Positions 47,902-58,935 are shown, counted from the first letter of the stretch. The stretch: DNA of 64,000 bases from an uncultured bacterium (GCA_963749495.1 CAVVMW010000021.1:416001-480000), one strand, 5' to 3'. The notes: a model not told the origin generated them from the letters alone. Numbers and translations: made by a program.

Positions 47902-48786
47902 GTGCGTTGGCGGCAGATCACGGTGGCAGGGGTCGGCCTATTGGGCGGCTCGCTGGGCCTGGCCCTCAGGAAGGGCGGGTTGGCTGACAAGGTCGTCGGG
48001 TTGGTCCGGCGGCCCTCCAGCGTGTTGGAGTGCGAAGGTTGTGGGGCGGCCGATGTCGCGACGGGCGACCCGCGGCAGGCGGTGGAGGAGGCGGACATGG
48101 TGGTGTTGTGTACACCGCTGGCCCGGATGCGTCCCCTGGTCGAGCAGATGCTGCCGGCCCTGGCCCGCGGCGCGGTCGTCACCGATGTCGGGAGCGTCAA
48201 AGGCACCGTGGTTGAGGAGTTGGAGGCGCTGGTCGGGCAAGCGGGGTGCCATTTCATCGGCGGCCATCCGATGGCAGGCGGGGAAAAGAGCGGCGTGGCG
48301 GCGGCTCGGGCCGACCTCTTTGTCGGGGCCGTTTGCGTCCTGACCCCTACGGCCGGGTCGCATCCCCCTGCCCTGCGCCAGGTGCGAGGGCTCTGGGAGG
48401 CGGTGGGCGCGAACGTCCTGGAGATGACGGCACGGGCCCATGACGAGCTGGTAGGCCGCTCCAGTCACCTGCCGCATGTCCTGGCCGCGCAATTGGCCAG
48501 CCTGGTCTTGAGCCCGGAGTATCCCTCCGAGCAGGGCATCCTCTGCGCCAACGGGTTCCGCGATACCACCCGTGTTGCCTCGGGCTCGCCCGAGATGTGG
48601 CGCGACATCGCGCTTGCCAACCGCCGGAACCTTTGCTGCGCCCTTCAGACCTTCATGCTCGGCCTCCAGGAGTTCCACCGGGCCCTCGAGGCCGGTGACG
48701 CGCGGGCCATCGCCGCCTTTTTTCAAACCGCCAAGCACCGCCGCGACGGCTGGTCCAGCAACGTCAAGGCCTCGTCCCCGGAGTGA
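47902..48786 (+). CDS. tyrA: Prephenate dehydrogenase
   Basis: GVGLLGGSL, TDVGSVK, GGHPMAG.EKSG, SHLPH, GFRDTTRVA...PEMWRDI. Confidence 0.93.
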   Translation: MRWRQITVAGVGLLGGSLGLALRKGGLADKVVGLVRRPSSVLECEGCGAADVATGDPRQAVEEADMVVLCTPLARMRPLVEQMLPALARGAVVTDVGSVKGTVVEELEALVGQAGCHFIGGHPMAGGEKSGVAAARADLFVGAVCVLTPTAGSHPPALRQVRGLWEAVGANVLEMTARAHDELVGRSSHLPHVLAAQLASLVLSPEYPSEQGILCANGFRDTTRVASGSPEMWRDIALANRRNLCCALQTFMLGLQEFHRALEAGDARAIAAFFQTAKHRRDGWSSNVKASSPE

Positions 48787-48798
48787 TGTGACAACCTA

Positions 48799-50232
48799 AT
48801 GTCTCTTCCCGCGCTCATTGAAATCCTTCCGATCCACAACCCGGTGAAGGCCGAGATCACCGTGCCAGGGTCCAAGAGCATCACCAATCGGGCCTTGATA
48901 CTGGCAGCGCTGGGGGACGGGGTCACGACGCTCCAGGGCGCCCTCTGGAGCGAGGACACGCAGATAATGGTCCAATGCCTGCGTGCTCTGGGCTTCAGCG
49001 TCCACGCCGTCCCTGACCCGGAGGAGGCCTGCAACCGCACCATCAGCGTCCACGGCCGGGGCGGCCAGGTGCCGGAGGGCGGCACGGAGGGGCAGCCGCT
49101 CGAGCTGTGCGTGGGCAACGCCGGCACGGCGGCGCGGTTCCTGGCGGCCTTCGTCTGCCTTGGCCGGGGAGTCTATCGGTTGCACGGCGCGCGCCGCATG
49201 CACGAGCGGCCACAGGCCGCTCTGTTTGGCGCCTTGCGCGAATTGGGCTACCGGGTTGACTCGCCCAATGACCGGCTGCCCGCGACGATCCATGGCCAGG
49301 GACCCCGCCCGGGCAAATGCCGGGTGAGCCTCGACCAGAGTTCGCAGTTCGCCTCGGCGCTCCTGCTGGCGGGCGGCAATTACTGGACCATCGAGGTCAC
49401 CGGCGCCAACGCCGACGAGCAGCCCTACGTCGAGATGACCCGGGCCTTAATAAAGACCTTCCCGGCCGGCGGCGGGGTTTTCGCCATCGAACCGGATGCT
49501 TCCAGCGGGAGTTACTTCCTGGGGGCGGAATGGATTTTGCGCAACGACGAAATCACCACTGCAATCAAGCAGGCCTTGGCCGGCCCTGCCTCCGGCTCGT
49601 TGAGCGGCAAATTCTGGGAACCCGACCCGGAGAAACTGACTTCCATCTCCGTCCGCGGCTGGCCGGCCAGCGGGTGGCAGGTGGATGCCGACTTCCCCAA
49701 ATTGCTCTCGGCGGCGGGACCCCCGCCCAAGCCCGGCAGCGGGGACACCCTGCTGCCAATCTATCGGGTGAACCTTACCCTGCCGGACGAGGTCTCGCGC
49801 GAGCACGACCTGGGCGACAGCATCATGACCGCCGCCGTGCTGGCGCCCCTGGCCGGCCAGCTCATCCGCCTGACTGACCTTGCCCGCCTCCGCCTCCAGG
49901 AGACCGAGCGCGTGGCGGCATTGCGAACCGAATTGACGCGGTGCGGGGCCGAGGTGATCGAACAGGGCGATACGCTCACGATTCTGCCTTCGGCCGGCAG
50001 GCTGCACGGCGCCGAGATCGAAACCTACAACGACCACCGCATCGCGATGTGCTTTGCCATCCTGGGCCTGAAGGTCCCGGGCATCAAAATCAAGAATCCC
50101 GCCTGCGTCAAGAAGACCTTTCCCAATTTCTTCCAGAAACTGGCTGCCCCGCCGCCGCGCGGCCTGGGCGTGAGCATCCTGGACCCCAACACCGGGCGAC
50201 GGCTCCAGGCGGAGGAGTTGATGCCGGACTGA
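48799..50232 (+). CDS. aroA: EPSP synthase
   Basis: PGSKSITNR, NAGTAARF, SSQFASALL, EPDASS, DHRIAM, CVKKTFPNFF. Confidence 0.95.
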   Translation: MSLPALIEILPIHNPVKAEITVPGSKSITNRALILAALGDGVTTLQGALWSEDTQIMVQCLRALGFSVHAVPDPEEACNRTISVHGRGGQVPEGGTEGQPLELCVGNAGTAARFLAAFVCLGRGVYRLHGARRMHERPQAALFGALRELGYRVDSPNDRLPATIHGQGPRPGKCRVSLDQSSQFASALLLAGGNYWTIEVTGANADEQPYVEMTRALIKTFPAGGGVFAIEPDASSGSYFLGAEWILRNDEITTAIKQALAGPASGSLSGKFWEPDPEKLTSISVRGWPASGWQVDADFPKLLSAAGPPPKPGSGDTLLPIYRVNLTLPDEVSREHDLGDSIMTAAVLAPLAGQLIRLTDLARLRLQETERVAALRTELTRCGAEVIEQGDTLTILPSAGRLHGAEIETYNDHRIAMCFAILGLKVPGIKIKNPACVKKTFPNFFQKLAAPPPRGLGVSILDPNTGRRLQAEELMPD

Positions 50233-50240
50233 ATCTGAGC

Positions 50241-50891
50241 ATGAGTCGGTCCATTGTCATCGCTATTGACGGCACCAGCGCCAGTGGCAAGAGCACCAAC
50301 TCGAAGCTGGTGGCCAAGGCGCTGAATTTCGTGCACGTGGATACCGGGGCCATGTACCGCGCCCTGGCCTGGTATTGTTTGACTCATAAGATCGATGTAC
50401 ACGATGCCAAGGCGGTTGCCGCCGCCTGCCGCCGATGGAAGACCTCGCTCGGGTGCGTCGACAACCAGGTGCAACTCAGGGTCGAAGGTTATTACCCGGC
50501 CCAGGAGATCCGCACGCCGGAGGTCAGCGCCGCGGTGCCGCACGTGGCAGCGGTGCCCCAAGTGCGCCAGTGGATGAAAAAGAAACAGCGCGAGTGCGGC
50601 CGGTTCGGCAACTTGGTGATGGAGGGCCGCGACATCGGGACCAATATCTTCCCGGAAACGGAGTTCAAGTATTACCTGGATGCCGCGCTGGAGGAGCGGG
50701 CGCGCCGCCGCGCCGCCGAGGGCATCCGGGAGAACCTGGCGGCGCGCGACCAACGCGACAGCCAGCGCGCCGTCGCCCCGCTGATGATCCCCCTGGGCGC
50801 TATGGTCATCAATAATTCGCAGATGACCTCACAGCAGACCAGCGCCCTGATTATCGCCGATGTCAAACGGAGGCTCGCTCGGGCTCCATGA
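50241..50891 (+). CDS. cmk: Cytidylate kinase
   Basis: IAIDGTSASGKST, DTGAMYRA, MEGRDIGT. Confidence 0.95.
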   Translation: MSRSIVIAIDGTSASGKSTNSKLVAKALNFVHVDTGAMYRALAWYCLTHKIDVHDAKAVAAACRRWKTSLGCVDNQVQLRVEGYYPAQEIRTPEVSAAVPHVAAVPQVRQWMKKKQRECGRFGNLVMEGRDIGTNIFPETEFKYYLDAALEERARRRAAEGIRENLAARDQRDSQRAVAPLMIPLGAMVINNSQMTSQQTSALIIADVKRRLARAP

Positions 50892-51541
50892 ACCCGACCT
50901 ATTATCTGGGCTGGCTCAGCTTTCGGGTGCTGTTCAAGGTCTATTTCCGGGCGCGCTTTTACAATGCCGGGCGAGTGCCCCTCCAGGGGCCGGTCATCCT
51001 CGCCTCGAACCACGCCAGTTTTCTCGACCCGCCTCTGGTCGGTTCGGGCCTGTCCCGGGTCGTCAATTACCTGGCGCGAGAAAACTTGTTCCGTTTCCGG
51101 GTGTCGGGCTGGGTCCTGCGCCAGTGGCAGGTTGTGCCCGTCGACCGCGAAGGCGGCGGAGCGGCGGGGCTCAAGGCCATCCTGGATCGCCTCCTGGCGG
51201 GCGGCGCGATTCTTCTCTTCCCGGAGGGCACGCGCACCCGCGACGGACGCCTTCAACCGGCCCGCTCGGGCATCGGCTTGACGGTCATCAAATCGAGCGC
51301 CCCGGTGCTGCCCGTGCGCACCTTTGGCACGTTCCAGGCCTACAGCCGCCACTCGCGCTGGCCCCGCCCGCACCGCCTCGCCGTCAAATACGGCCGCCCG
51401 CTCCTCTTCGAGGAACTCCGCACCGAAGCCAAAACCTGCTCCAAGCAGCGGCTCAAAGCCATCTACCGGCAGGTCGCCGGCCAGATCATGGGCGCCATCA
51501 CGCGGCTGGAGCCGTGTGAAGACAGGGACCGGTTTCCATAA
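50888..51541 (+). CDS. plsC: 1-acyl-sn-glycerol-3-phosphate acyltransferase
   Basis: NHASFLDP, FPEGTRT. Confidence 0.92.
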   Translation: MNPTYYLGWLSFRVLFKVYFRARFYNAGRVPLQGPVILASNHASFLDPPLVGSGLSRVVNYLARENLFRFRVSGWVLRQWQVVPVDREGGGAAGLKAILDRLLAGGAILLFPEGTRTRDGRLQPARSGIGLTVIKSSAPVLPVRTFGTFQAYSRHSRWPRPHRLAVKYGRPLLFEELRTEAKTCSKQRLKAIYRQVAGQIMGAITRLEPCEDRDRFP

Positions 51542-51704
51542 GGAGCCGTCAAGAAATAAAGGTGGCAAGATGCCGCCGGGATTTTGTCGGCCAGCGAGGC
51601 GCGAGCGAGGCGCATATCCGCACGGATCTGTAACGAGCGAGCAACGAAGCTGGCCGGCAAAAGACCAAGATATTATCTTCTTTTGCCGCGCGGCCGGTTT
51701 TGAC

Positions 51705-51849
51705 GCTACGCGGGTGACCTGGTCCGGTTCCTACGTCCTCCAATCGGCCCTGAGCCCGCCGGCGCCTACCAGGACGTGACCGGCGCGACCAGCCCGTACA
51801 CCAATAGCCCCCGCTGGCCAAGGCCCAGTTTTTTCGACTGCGGAACTGA
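51705..51849 (+). pseudogene. Orphan C-terminal fragment of a secreted protein
   Basis: RVTWSGSYVLQSA...YQDVTGATSPYTN...FFRLRN* across frameshifts, no start codon. Confidence 0.55.
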
Positions 51850-51855
51850 ACGCCG

Positions 51856-54546
51856 CTAGGGCCCGGACACGCGGAAAAAGGTGCTCCGAGAGCCGGTGGG
51901 CTTGATGGCGGTGAATTGCCATTCCCCCGCGGGGGTCGAGGTATTGGTGATAACTCCAATCCAAGTGACGGGGGGCGCCAGGTTGGTGGCCATGTTCAGC
52001 ACATAACGAGCGCCCGGACTTCCCGTCCCGGTGAGGTCGAAGCTGCCGTCGGAATGTCGCTCCACGCCCTGGATGACAATGGGCGCTGAGGTCCCGCTCA
52101 CGGTCAGAGTCGCGATGCTGGTGGTGACGCTGGCCCAGGGGTTGCTGACAATGACCTGGTAACTGCCGGCATCGGCAGGGCCGGCATTGTTCAGGACGAG
52201 CGTCGGCGAGCCGGTGAGGAGGAGCTTGCGGACGCGGTTGTTGGCCGTGTCAGCCACATAAAGGCTGCCTGCCGGGTCGAGGGCGAGGCCGTCCGGGTTG
52301 TTGAGCCAGGCGTCCACGGCCTGGCCGCCGTCCCCGAAATAGCCGGCCACGCCCGTGCCCGCCACCGTGGCGATGATGCCGTTGGTGTTGACACAGCGGA
52401 CGCGGTTGTTGGCGGTGTCGGCGATGAACAGATTGCCGGCGGCATCGACAACGAGTCCGGCGGGATAGTTCAGAGCGGCACTCGTGGCGGCCCGGCCGTC
52501 GCCCGAAAAACCGAAGGAACCATTGCCTGCGACGGTGGTGATGATGCCGGAGGTGTCCACCTTGCGCACCACGGACTGGCCGTCAATGGAGATATAGAGA
52601 TTGCCGTTGGCGTCAACCGCCACCGCCTCAGGGGCGAATACCCGGGCGCTCGTCGCCAGGACGCCGTTGGCCAATGAACTGCCCCCGCCCGCCACGGTGG
52701 TGATGTTCCCATTGACATCTATCTTGCGGATGCAGTTGTTGCCGCGGTCGGCGATATAAAGATTGTTGGCGCCATCGCAGGCAAGGCCATCGGGAGCGGA
52801 CAGGAGGTTTAGGGTCGTGCCGGGGCCTGCCAGCGTATTGACGAGGCCATTGGCGTTCACCTTGAGGACCTGGTTGTAGTCCCAGTCAGAAAGGAAGAGG
52901 TTCCCGTTGGCGTCGATGGCCAGGGCGTATGGGCCGTCGATCTCTGTGTTGGTCGCCTGTCCGGCAAAGGTCGCCAGCGTCTCTCCCGCAATTCCGTTGC
53001 CCACGACCGTGGTGATGATGCCGTTGGTGTCCACCTTGCGCACGCAATGGTCGTTGTAGTCCGCAATGAAAAGATTCCCCAGAGCGTCGGCAGCCAGGCA
53101 CTTGGGCGCGCCCAGAAACCCGGCCGCCGCCGGGCCGCCGTCCCCGGAATAGAAGCCAAAACCGTTGCCGGCCACCGTCTGGATAATGCCGTTGGCGCCC
53201 ACCTTGCGTATGCGGTTGTTATCGGTGTCAGCGATATACACGTTGCCCGCCGCATCCAGGACCACGCCGCTGGGGTAATTGAGGTAGGCATGGGTAGCCT
53301 GGGCGCCGTCGCCGCCAAAGGCGGCCGGGCCCTTGCCGGCCACCAAGGTGCGCGTGCCTGAGCTGTCGGCGGCCACGACGGTGCTGTTGCCTATGCTTGC
53401 GTTGGCGACATAAATCAGCCCTGAAGGACCCAAGGCCAGTCCGCTGGGAGCCGAGAAGCCGTGCAGGACATTGCTAATGGCCCCGTTGGGCGCAACTTGC
53501 CACACCGTGCCATAATACCAGTCCGCGGCATAGAAATAGCCGGCCGCATCCACCGCCACCGAAGAACAGGCCTCCAGGAGGCAATTCGTGGCCATGAGAC
53601 CAACGGCCGGACTCGTGCTGCCGCCGCCCGCCACGGTGGTGATGACGCCCCTGGTGTCCACCTTGCGGACGAGCCCATACTCGAAATCCGTGATAAACAG
53701 TTGCCCCGAGCCGTCTACTGCCACGCTATGCGGCTCATAAACCCCGGCATTGGTGGCGGCGCCGCCGTCACCGAGATGGGTGTCGGCGCCGGTGCCCGCC
53801 ACAGTGGTGATGACGCCATTGGTATCCACTTTGCGGATGCGGTTGTTGAAGGTGTCGGCGATGAAGACATTGCCGGAGGCATCGACGGCCACGCCGTATG
53901 GCCTGGCGAGGCTGGCGTTGGTGGCGGGTCCGCCATCGCCGGAAAAGGCGGGGATGGCGCCATTGGGCGCGCCGTTGCCCACCCCGGCCACCGTGGTGAT
54001 AACGCCGTTAACGTCCACCTTATGAACCAGGTTGTTCAGCGTATCCGCGATATACAGATTCGTAGAAGCGTCCATGGCAATGCCGCCAGGATTGTAAAGC
54101 GCGGCGTTGGTGGCGCGCCCGCCGCTTTCCCACCCGCCGACAAAGGTGATGATGGGGACATTCTGGATATTGGTGCCATCGTGCAGCCATTGGTAAGTGA
54201 ACGGCGGCGTGCCGGAAACGGCCACGCTCAGGGTGGCGCTGCCGCCTGGCTGGGCTGCCTGGCCGACGGGCTGGCTGAGGATCGCGGGCGGAGAGTTCGT
54301 CCCCGGCGGGCTCGAGGTTTCGACCACAAAACCGAGGCTCCAGAAACCCGCGGTGATGGCATAATTGCCGCAGGTCACGGTGCCGCCCGCGTCCGGTTGT
54401 CCGATCGTGCCGGTCACTGAATAGTGGGCGCTGCTGCTCGTGCCGCTGCCACCGGAGAGCTTATGCCAGCTTATATTGTATTGGGCGGAAGCCGTTGCGG
54501 CGAATGCCACAACTGCGGAGGCCAACAGGGCGTGCGCCGGTTTCAT
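51856..54546 (-). CDS. Secreted NHL-repeat / Ig-domain surface protein
   Basis: Signal peptide, QYNISW..SGG domain, Ig domain interrupted by many NHL repeats (FSGDGG.A...L..P.G.A.D), C-terminal ATNL...W...FFRV. Confidence 0.9.
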   Translation of the reverse strand: MKPAHALLASAVVAFAATASAQYNISWHKLSGGSGTSSSAHYSVTGTIGQPDAGGTVTCGNYAITAGFWSLGFVVETSSPPGTNSPPAILSQPVGQAAQPGGSATLSVAVSGTPPFTYQWLHDGTNIQNVPIITFVGGWESGGRATNAALYNPGGIAMDASTNLYIADTLNNLVHKVDVNGVITTVAGVGNGAPNGAIPAFSGDGGPATNASLARPYGVAVDASGNVFIADTFNNRIRKVDTNGVITTVAGTGADTHLGDGGAATNAGVYEPHSVAVDGSGQLFITDFEYGLVRKVDTRGVITTVAGGGSTSPAVGLMATNCLLEACSSVAVDAAGYFYAADWYYGTVWQVAPNGAISNVLHGFSAPSGLALGPSGLIYVANASIGNSTVVAADSSGTRTLVAGKGPAAFGGDGAQATHAYLNYPSGVVLDAAGNVYIADTDNNRIRKVGANGIIQTVAGNGFGFYSGDGGPAAAGFLGAPKCLAADALGNLFIADYNDHCVRKVDTNGIITTVVGNGIAGETLATFAGQATNTEIDGPYALAIDANGNLFLSDWDYNQVLKVNANGLVNTLAGPGTTLNLLSAPDGLACDGANNLYIADRGNNCIRKIDVNGNITTVAGGGSSLANGVLATSARVFAPEAVAVDANGNLYISIDGQSVVRKVDTSGIITTVAGNGSFGFSGDGRAATSAALNYPAGLVVDAAGNLFIADTANNRVRCVNTNGIIATVAGTGVAGYFGDGGQAVDAWLNNPDGLALDPAGSLYVADTANNRVRKLLLTGSPTLVLNNAGPADAGSYQVIVSNPWASVTTSIATLTVSGTSAPIVIQGVERHSDGSFDLTGTGSPGARYVLNMATNLAPPVTWIGVITNTSTPAGEWQFTAIKPTGSRSTFFRVSGP

Positions 54547-54578
54547 AGGATTTGAGTGGTTTGAAGCCAGCCCGGAGC

Positions 54579-56536
54579 CTAGGGCACGATGACCAGGACG
54601 TTGAACTGGAATCCGCCACCAGAGAGCTTGAATCCTGAGCCGAAATTACCCACCTTCCTTCGAACGGATCGTAAGAGACGCCTGTTGGGTGGTTGAACGT
54701 GCATTGGTCCGGACTACCAGTCCAAAGTCCATTGAAGGTGATGAACAGAATAGCATTCGGGTTGCCATTGCAAATGGGATTATCAATCACGGCGTTCGCA
54801 CCACCAGCCTCGTCTCGTGTGACAATGTGAGTGAACGCGGCGGTCGGGGTGTCGAAGCCAGCGCCGCTGAGCTTGATTGCGCCTTGGGAGATTTCCAACG
54901 CGGGCGCCGCGGCGTTGGTGGTTTTCAGGGTCAACAGGCCCATGCCGGGCGCCCCCCCCCAATTCCCATCCGGCCATTGACCGTGAGGTTGCTGTTGACC
55001 GTGACACTGCCGGTGCGGTCCCACTGGAGGACGACCAGGTCCGGACTCGGGGTCCCCAGTGCGCCGCCGCTCCAGCCATACAGAAATGGGCCGTCGACCG
55101 TGGCCCCGGCGATTGTGTGACGATAACCCAAGGCGTGATTCATGTCGGTGCCAGCGCGGAAGTAGATCGCATAGTCGTCGATCCGGCTGTCGCCGTTGAT
55201 CTCCAGGGGCAAGCTGGGGGTGGTCGTGCCGATGCCGACGTTGCCGTGTTGGGCGATGGTCATGCGTTTGGCGTAATCCGTGTAGAAATTCAGGCCGTAA
55301 GAATCGACATTGGTGCCGGTGCGATCGGAGCCGATGCCTTCGCCGGTATGGCCATAGGCGGCGCCAAAGACCACGGCGTTGGAGTGGACGTTCCCGATGT
55401 TCTGGCCCGTTTGGTCAATGTCCAAGCCGGCGTTAACGGAGAGGTTGTTGTTGACATGGGCGCTGCCCGTCGTGTCCCACTGCAAGGCGATCGCCTCCCC
55501 CCTTGGTCCCCAGGGCGCCGCCACTGAAGCCAAAGAGCCACGGGCCGTTGACCGTAGTCCCGGCGATAGCGTCGTGATAGCCCAACCCGTGGTTGTAGTC
55601 ACCGGGACCGCGGAAGTACAGATCATTGTCATCGAGGCGGGTGGTGCCATTGATTTCCAGGGCTTCGGTTGGGTTGGGGGTGCCGATGCCCACGCTGCCG
55701 AAGGACACGCTGGGTTCGCCGTTCGTGAGAACGGCGGCGGGGATATTCGCCAGGGGCACCACCCCGGCCAACTGGCTGGCCGGCAGCACCCCCAGCAGAT
55801 TGCTGGCGGACTGGGCAACGGTGGCCGTGCCGGCAACCACCGCTTGTGGCACGGGCGTCAGGCTCTGCGCCGGAGTCAGCGCGGCGAAGCCCTGCGCGCC
55901 GTCGTTGAACCAGAGCTGCAACGCCAGCGTCGGCTGCGTGAGAACCGACACGGGGATGGCCGTCATGTTGGAAAGGTTGGTGTCGCCCAAAACCACGGTG
56001 AACAGGCCGTCGCTGACGCTTACGCTCAGGGCAGCCGCCGGTTCGCCGCTGCTCGTGCCGTCGTTGCTCCATATCGTTTGGTTGACGTAATGCGCCGGCG
56101 GCGGGGCAATTGTCACTATGGGTGGCACCCAATAGCCGCTGCCCCCGCCGGTAAGGGTGATGGCCGTTACGACCCCGCCGCTGACGGTCGCCACAGCAGT
56201 CGCCGTCGCGCCACCGCCTTGGGGAGGAGAAACGGTTACGGTCGGCGGGCTGACATAGCCGCCACCCGCATCAACGACAACAATTTCCGTGACCGAAAAG
56301 TCCTGAGGCGCGCCCGCCATAACGGCGACCCCGATGGCCTGGCTGCTCGTGTTCGTCGGCGTGAGCAGGGCAAACTTGAATTGGCCCGTGCCCGTAAAAT
56401 TCGTGCCGTTGTCCGTGACCCTGCCCTGGTAGGTGAACGCCGGGCGGCAGGTGAACGCCGTGCCTTGGGCCGCGGCGTGGTTGATGCTGGCGAGCATCGC
56501 CAGCGCGAAGAGCAAACAATGGTGGCCTTTTTTCAT
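54579..56536 (-). CDS. Secreted fibre-like 'AFTYQG' protein, copy 2 (frameshifts near 55500, 54955 and 54610)
   Basis: Joins ORFs 55433-56596, 54931-55836 and 54461-55024; GNVGIGT repeats; ends FNVLVIVP* like its paralogue. Confidence 0.75.
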
Positions 56537-56696
56537 GGTTTTGATAATAGTTGTTTTTTCAATCACGGTTCCTGCCGGTTTCGCCCGGGCACGCATCGGT
56601 TCTCATTAAACTGAGGCCGCCGTTCCCTTCGGGCCGGAGCCTGCCCCGAGAAGCGCGGACGCCCTCGTCGGCGCTCCCAGGGCGCGACGTCACCGA

Positions 56697-57140
56697 TTAC
56701 GGTTGAGACAAGCGGAAAAAGAGGTTTCCGGCGGGCGCGGTGATGGTGATGCTGTTGGTGCCATTGGCTGTCGTGAGAGGGTAACTGCTGGCCGCCCAGT
56801 TGGGGGCGGCGAGGGCCGACTTCTGCTGCAAGCTCCAGCCGGAGACATTTTGCCAGGACACAGTTAGGGCGGTGCCGGCCCGGCTGATGCGGAGCGTCGG
56901 CGCGCCGGGTGATTGCACCACGGCCGTGAGGCCCCAGAAACCGCCGCCCAGGCAGAAGCGGCCGCCGGTCATGGCCGGGGCGGCATCATGCTGGCCAATG
57001 GTGGCGCTCAGGGAAAAGCGGCCGCCGCTGCTCGACCCGCCGCCGCCGGAGACCTTATACCAATCCAGCGCATACTGGGCGGTGGCGGTCGCGGCCAGCG
57101 ACCCGAGCCAGAGGCACAAAATGAATTTCGCGGCTTTCAT
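56697..57140 (-). CDS. Small secreted protein (QY..DW..GGGG domain plus C-terminal FFRL domain)
   Basis: N-domain homologous to that of 51856-54546. Confidence 0.85.
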   Translation of the reverse strand: MKAAKFILCLWLGSLAATATAQYALDWYKVSGGGGSSSGGRFSLSATIGQHDAAPAMTGGRFCLGGGFWGLTAVVQSPGAPTLRISRAGTALTVSWQNVSGWSLQQKSALAAPNWAASSYPLTTANGTNSITITAPAGNLFFRLSQP

Positions 57141-57166
57141 AAGGAAATCCTCGTAGTTTCAGTGAA

Positions 57167-58935
57167 TCATGGGACTTGGGGCAGGATGACCAGGACGTTG
57201 AACGCCTGGCCCACGACCAGATCGGTCACGGTTTCGTCATAAATATACCAGTGCGGGTCCGAGCTGCCGCCATACGCTACCCCAAGGGGGTGCGTGAAAT
57301 CATAGCCGCTAGTGTCTTGTGACCAATTGTGGGTAATAATTAAGATGGCGTTTGGCTGGCCATTGCAGACCGGGTTGTCGATCTGGCTCTGATACCGAGC
57401 TCCGCCTGCGTTTATGCTGAACGCCGTTACCCGGTGAACGAACGCGGTGGTCTTGGTGTTGACGCCGGCCCCGGGGACCACGAGAGCGGCCCCGATCGAC
57501 AGGTTGCTGTTGACCGTGACACTGCCGGTGCGGTCCCACCGGAGGGCGACCAGGTCCGGACTCGGGGTCCCCAGCGCGCCGCCGCTCCAGCCATACAGAA
57601 ATGGGCCGTCGACCGTGGTCCCGGCGATTGTGTGACGATAACCCAAGGCGTGGTGCATGTCGGTGCCAGCGCGGAAGTAGATCGCATAGTCGTCGATCCG
57701 GCTGTCGCCGTTGATTTCCAGGGGCAAGCTGGGGGTGGTCGTGCCGATGCCCACGTTGCCGTCTTGGGCGATGGTCATGCGTTTGGCGTAATCCGTGTAG
57801 AAATTCAGGCCGTAGGAATCGACATTGGTGCCGGTGCGATCGGAGCCGATGCCTTCGCCGCTGGTCGAGCCAAACGTCAAGGCGTTGGCCACGGTGCCGT
57901 AGTTCTGACTGGCTTGGTCGAGGTTCAGGCCGCCGTTGAGGCTCAGGAGCTGTTGGGGGGCCGTGGTGCCGATGCCGACGTTGCCGTCATGGGCGATGGT
58001 CATCCGATTCTCCCAGTTGGTGAAGAACTCGAAATCGTCGGTGTTGCCGCCGCGGTTGGAGGCGATGCCCTCGCCGGTGTGGCCATAGGCGGCGCCAAAG
58101 ACCACGGCGTTGGATTGGACGTTCCCGATGTTCTGGCCCGTTTGGTTGATGTCCAAGCCGGCGTTAACCGAGAGGTTGTTGTTGACATAGGCGCTGCCCG
58201 TCCAGTCCCACCGCAAGGCGACCGCGTCCGGAAACGGGGTTCCCAGCGCGCCGCCACTCCAGCCATAGAGGAACGGGCCGTTGACCTTGGTCCCGGCGAT
58301 AATGTTGCGATAGCCCAACCCGTGGTTGTAGTCACCGGGACTGCGGAAGAAGATATCATAGTTATCGAGGCGGGTGGTGCCATTGATTTCCAGGGTCTCG
58401 GTTGGGTTGTTGGTGCCGATGCCCACGCTGCCGAAGGACACGCTGGGTTCGTCGTTCGTGAGGACGGCGGCGGGGATATTCGCCAGGGGCACCGCTCCGG
58501 CCAACTGGCCGGCCGGCAGCGTGCCCGACAGATTGCTCGCCGTGTTGGCGAACATGGCGTAGGGCGTGGGCAATAGCGCCTGGAGCGGTGCGAGCGTGGT
58601 GTAACTGCTCTCGCCATTGGTGCGCACGTCCACCTCCAGCCAGTAATTGCTCCCAGTGAAGAGGGGCCCAAGTCAACGGCCGTGAGGAACTGGCCGTTGG
58701 TGACCCCGACGGCGTTGGTGGAGAAGGGCTGGCCCGCGTAGTTGTTGCCGAGCGGATCGCAGGCCAGCCGGAAGCGGAAGTCGTAACTGCCGTTGGCCGG
58801 ATTGGTCCCGTCAGTGAGTTGCCCTTGATACGTGAACGCCGTGCCTTGGGCCCGGGCGGATGAGGGGGCCGCCATCAACGCGCCCAGCGCCAGCAGGGCC
58901 GGCGCGACGAGTAAACGAGCGAGTTTTTCTTTCAT
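57167..58935 (-). CDS. Secreted fibre-like 'AFTYQG' protein, copy 1 (frameshift near 58660)
   Basis: Joins ORFs 58000-58992 and 57167-58633; [14 protein letters not shown] repeats, tip domain IDNP.CNG.PNAIL. Confidence 0.8.

Noticed and set aside
56431..56460. 12-bp direct repeat giving [12 protein letters not shown] as an excision footprint
   Set aside because: Equally explained by slippage or assembly error; not distinguishable here
54986..57860. Near-identical blocks as DGR template and variable repeats
   Set aside because: Mismatches are not adenine-restricted, both copies are mid-gene, and no reverse transcriptase is in the window
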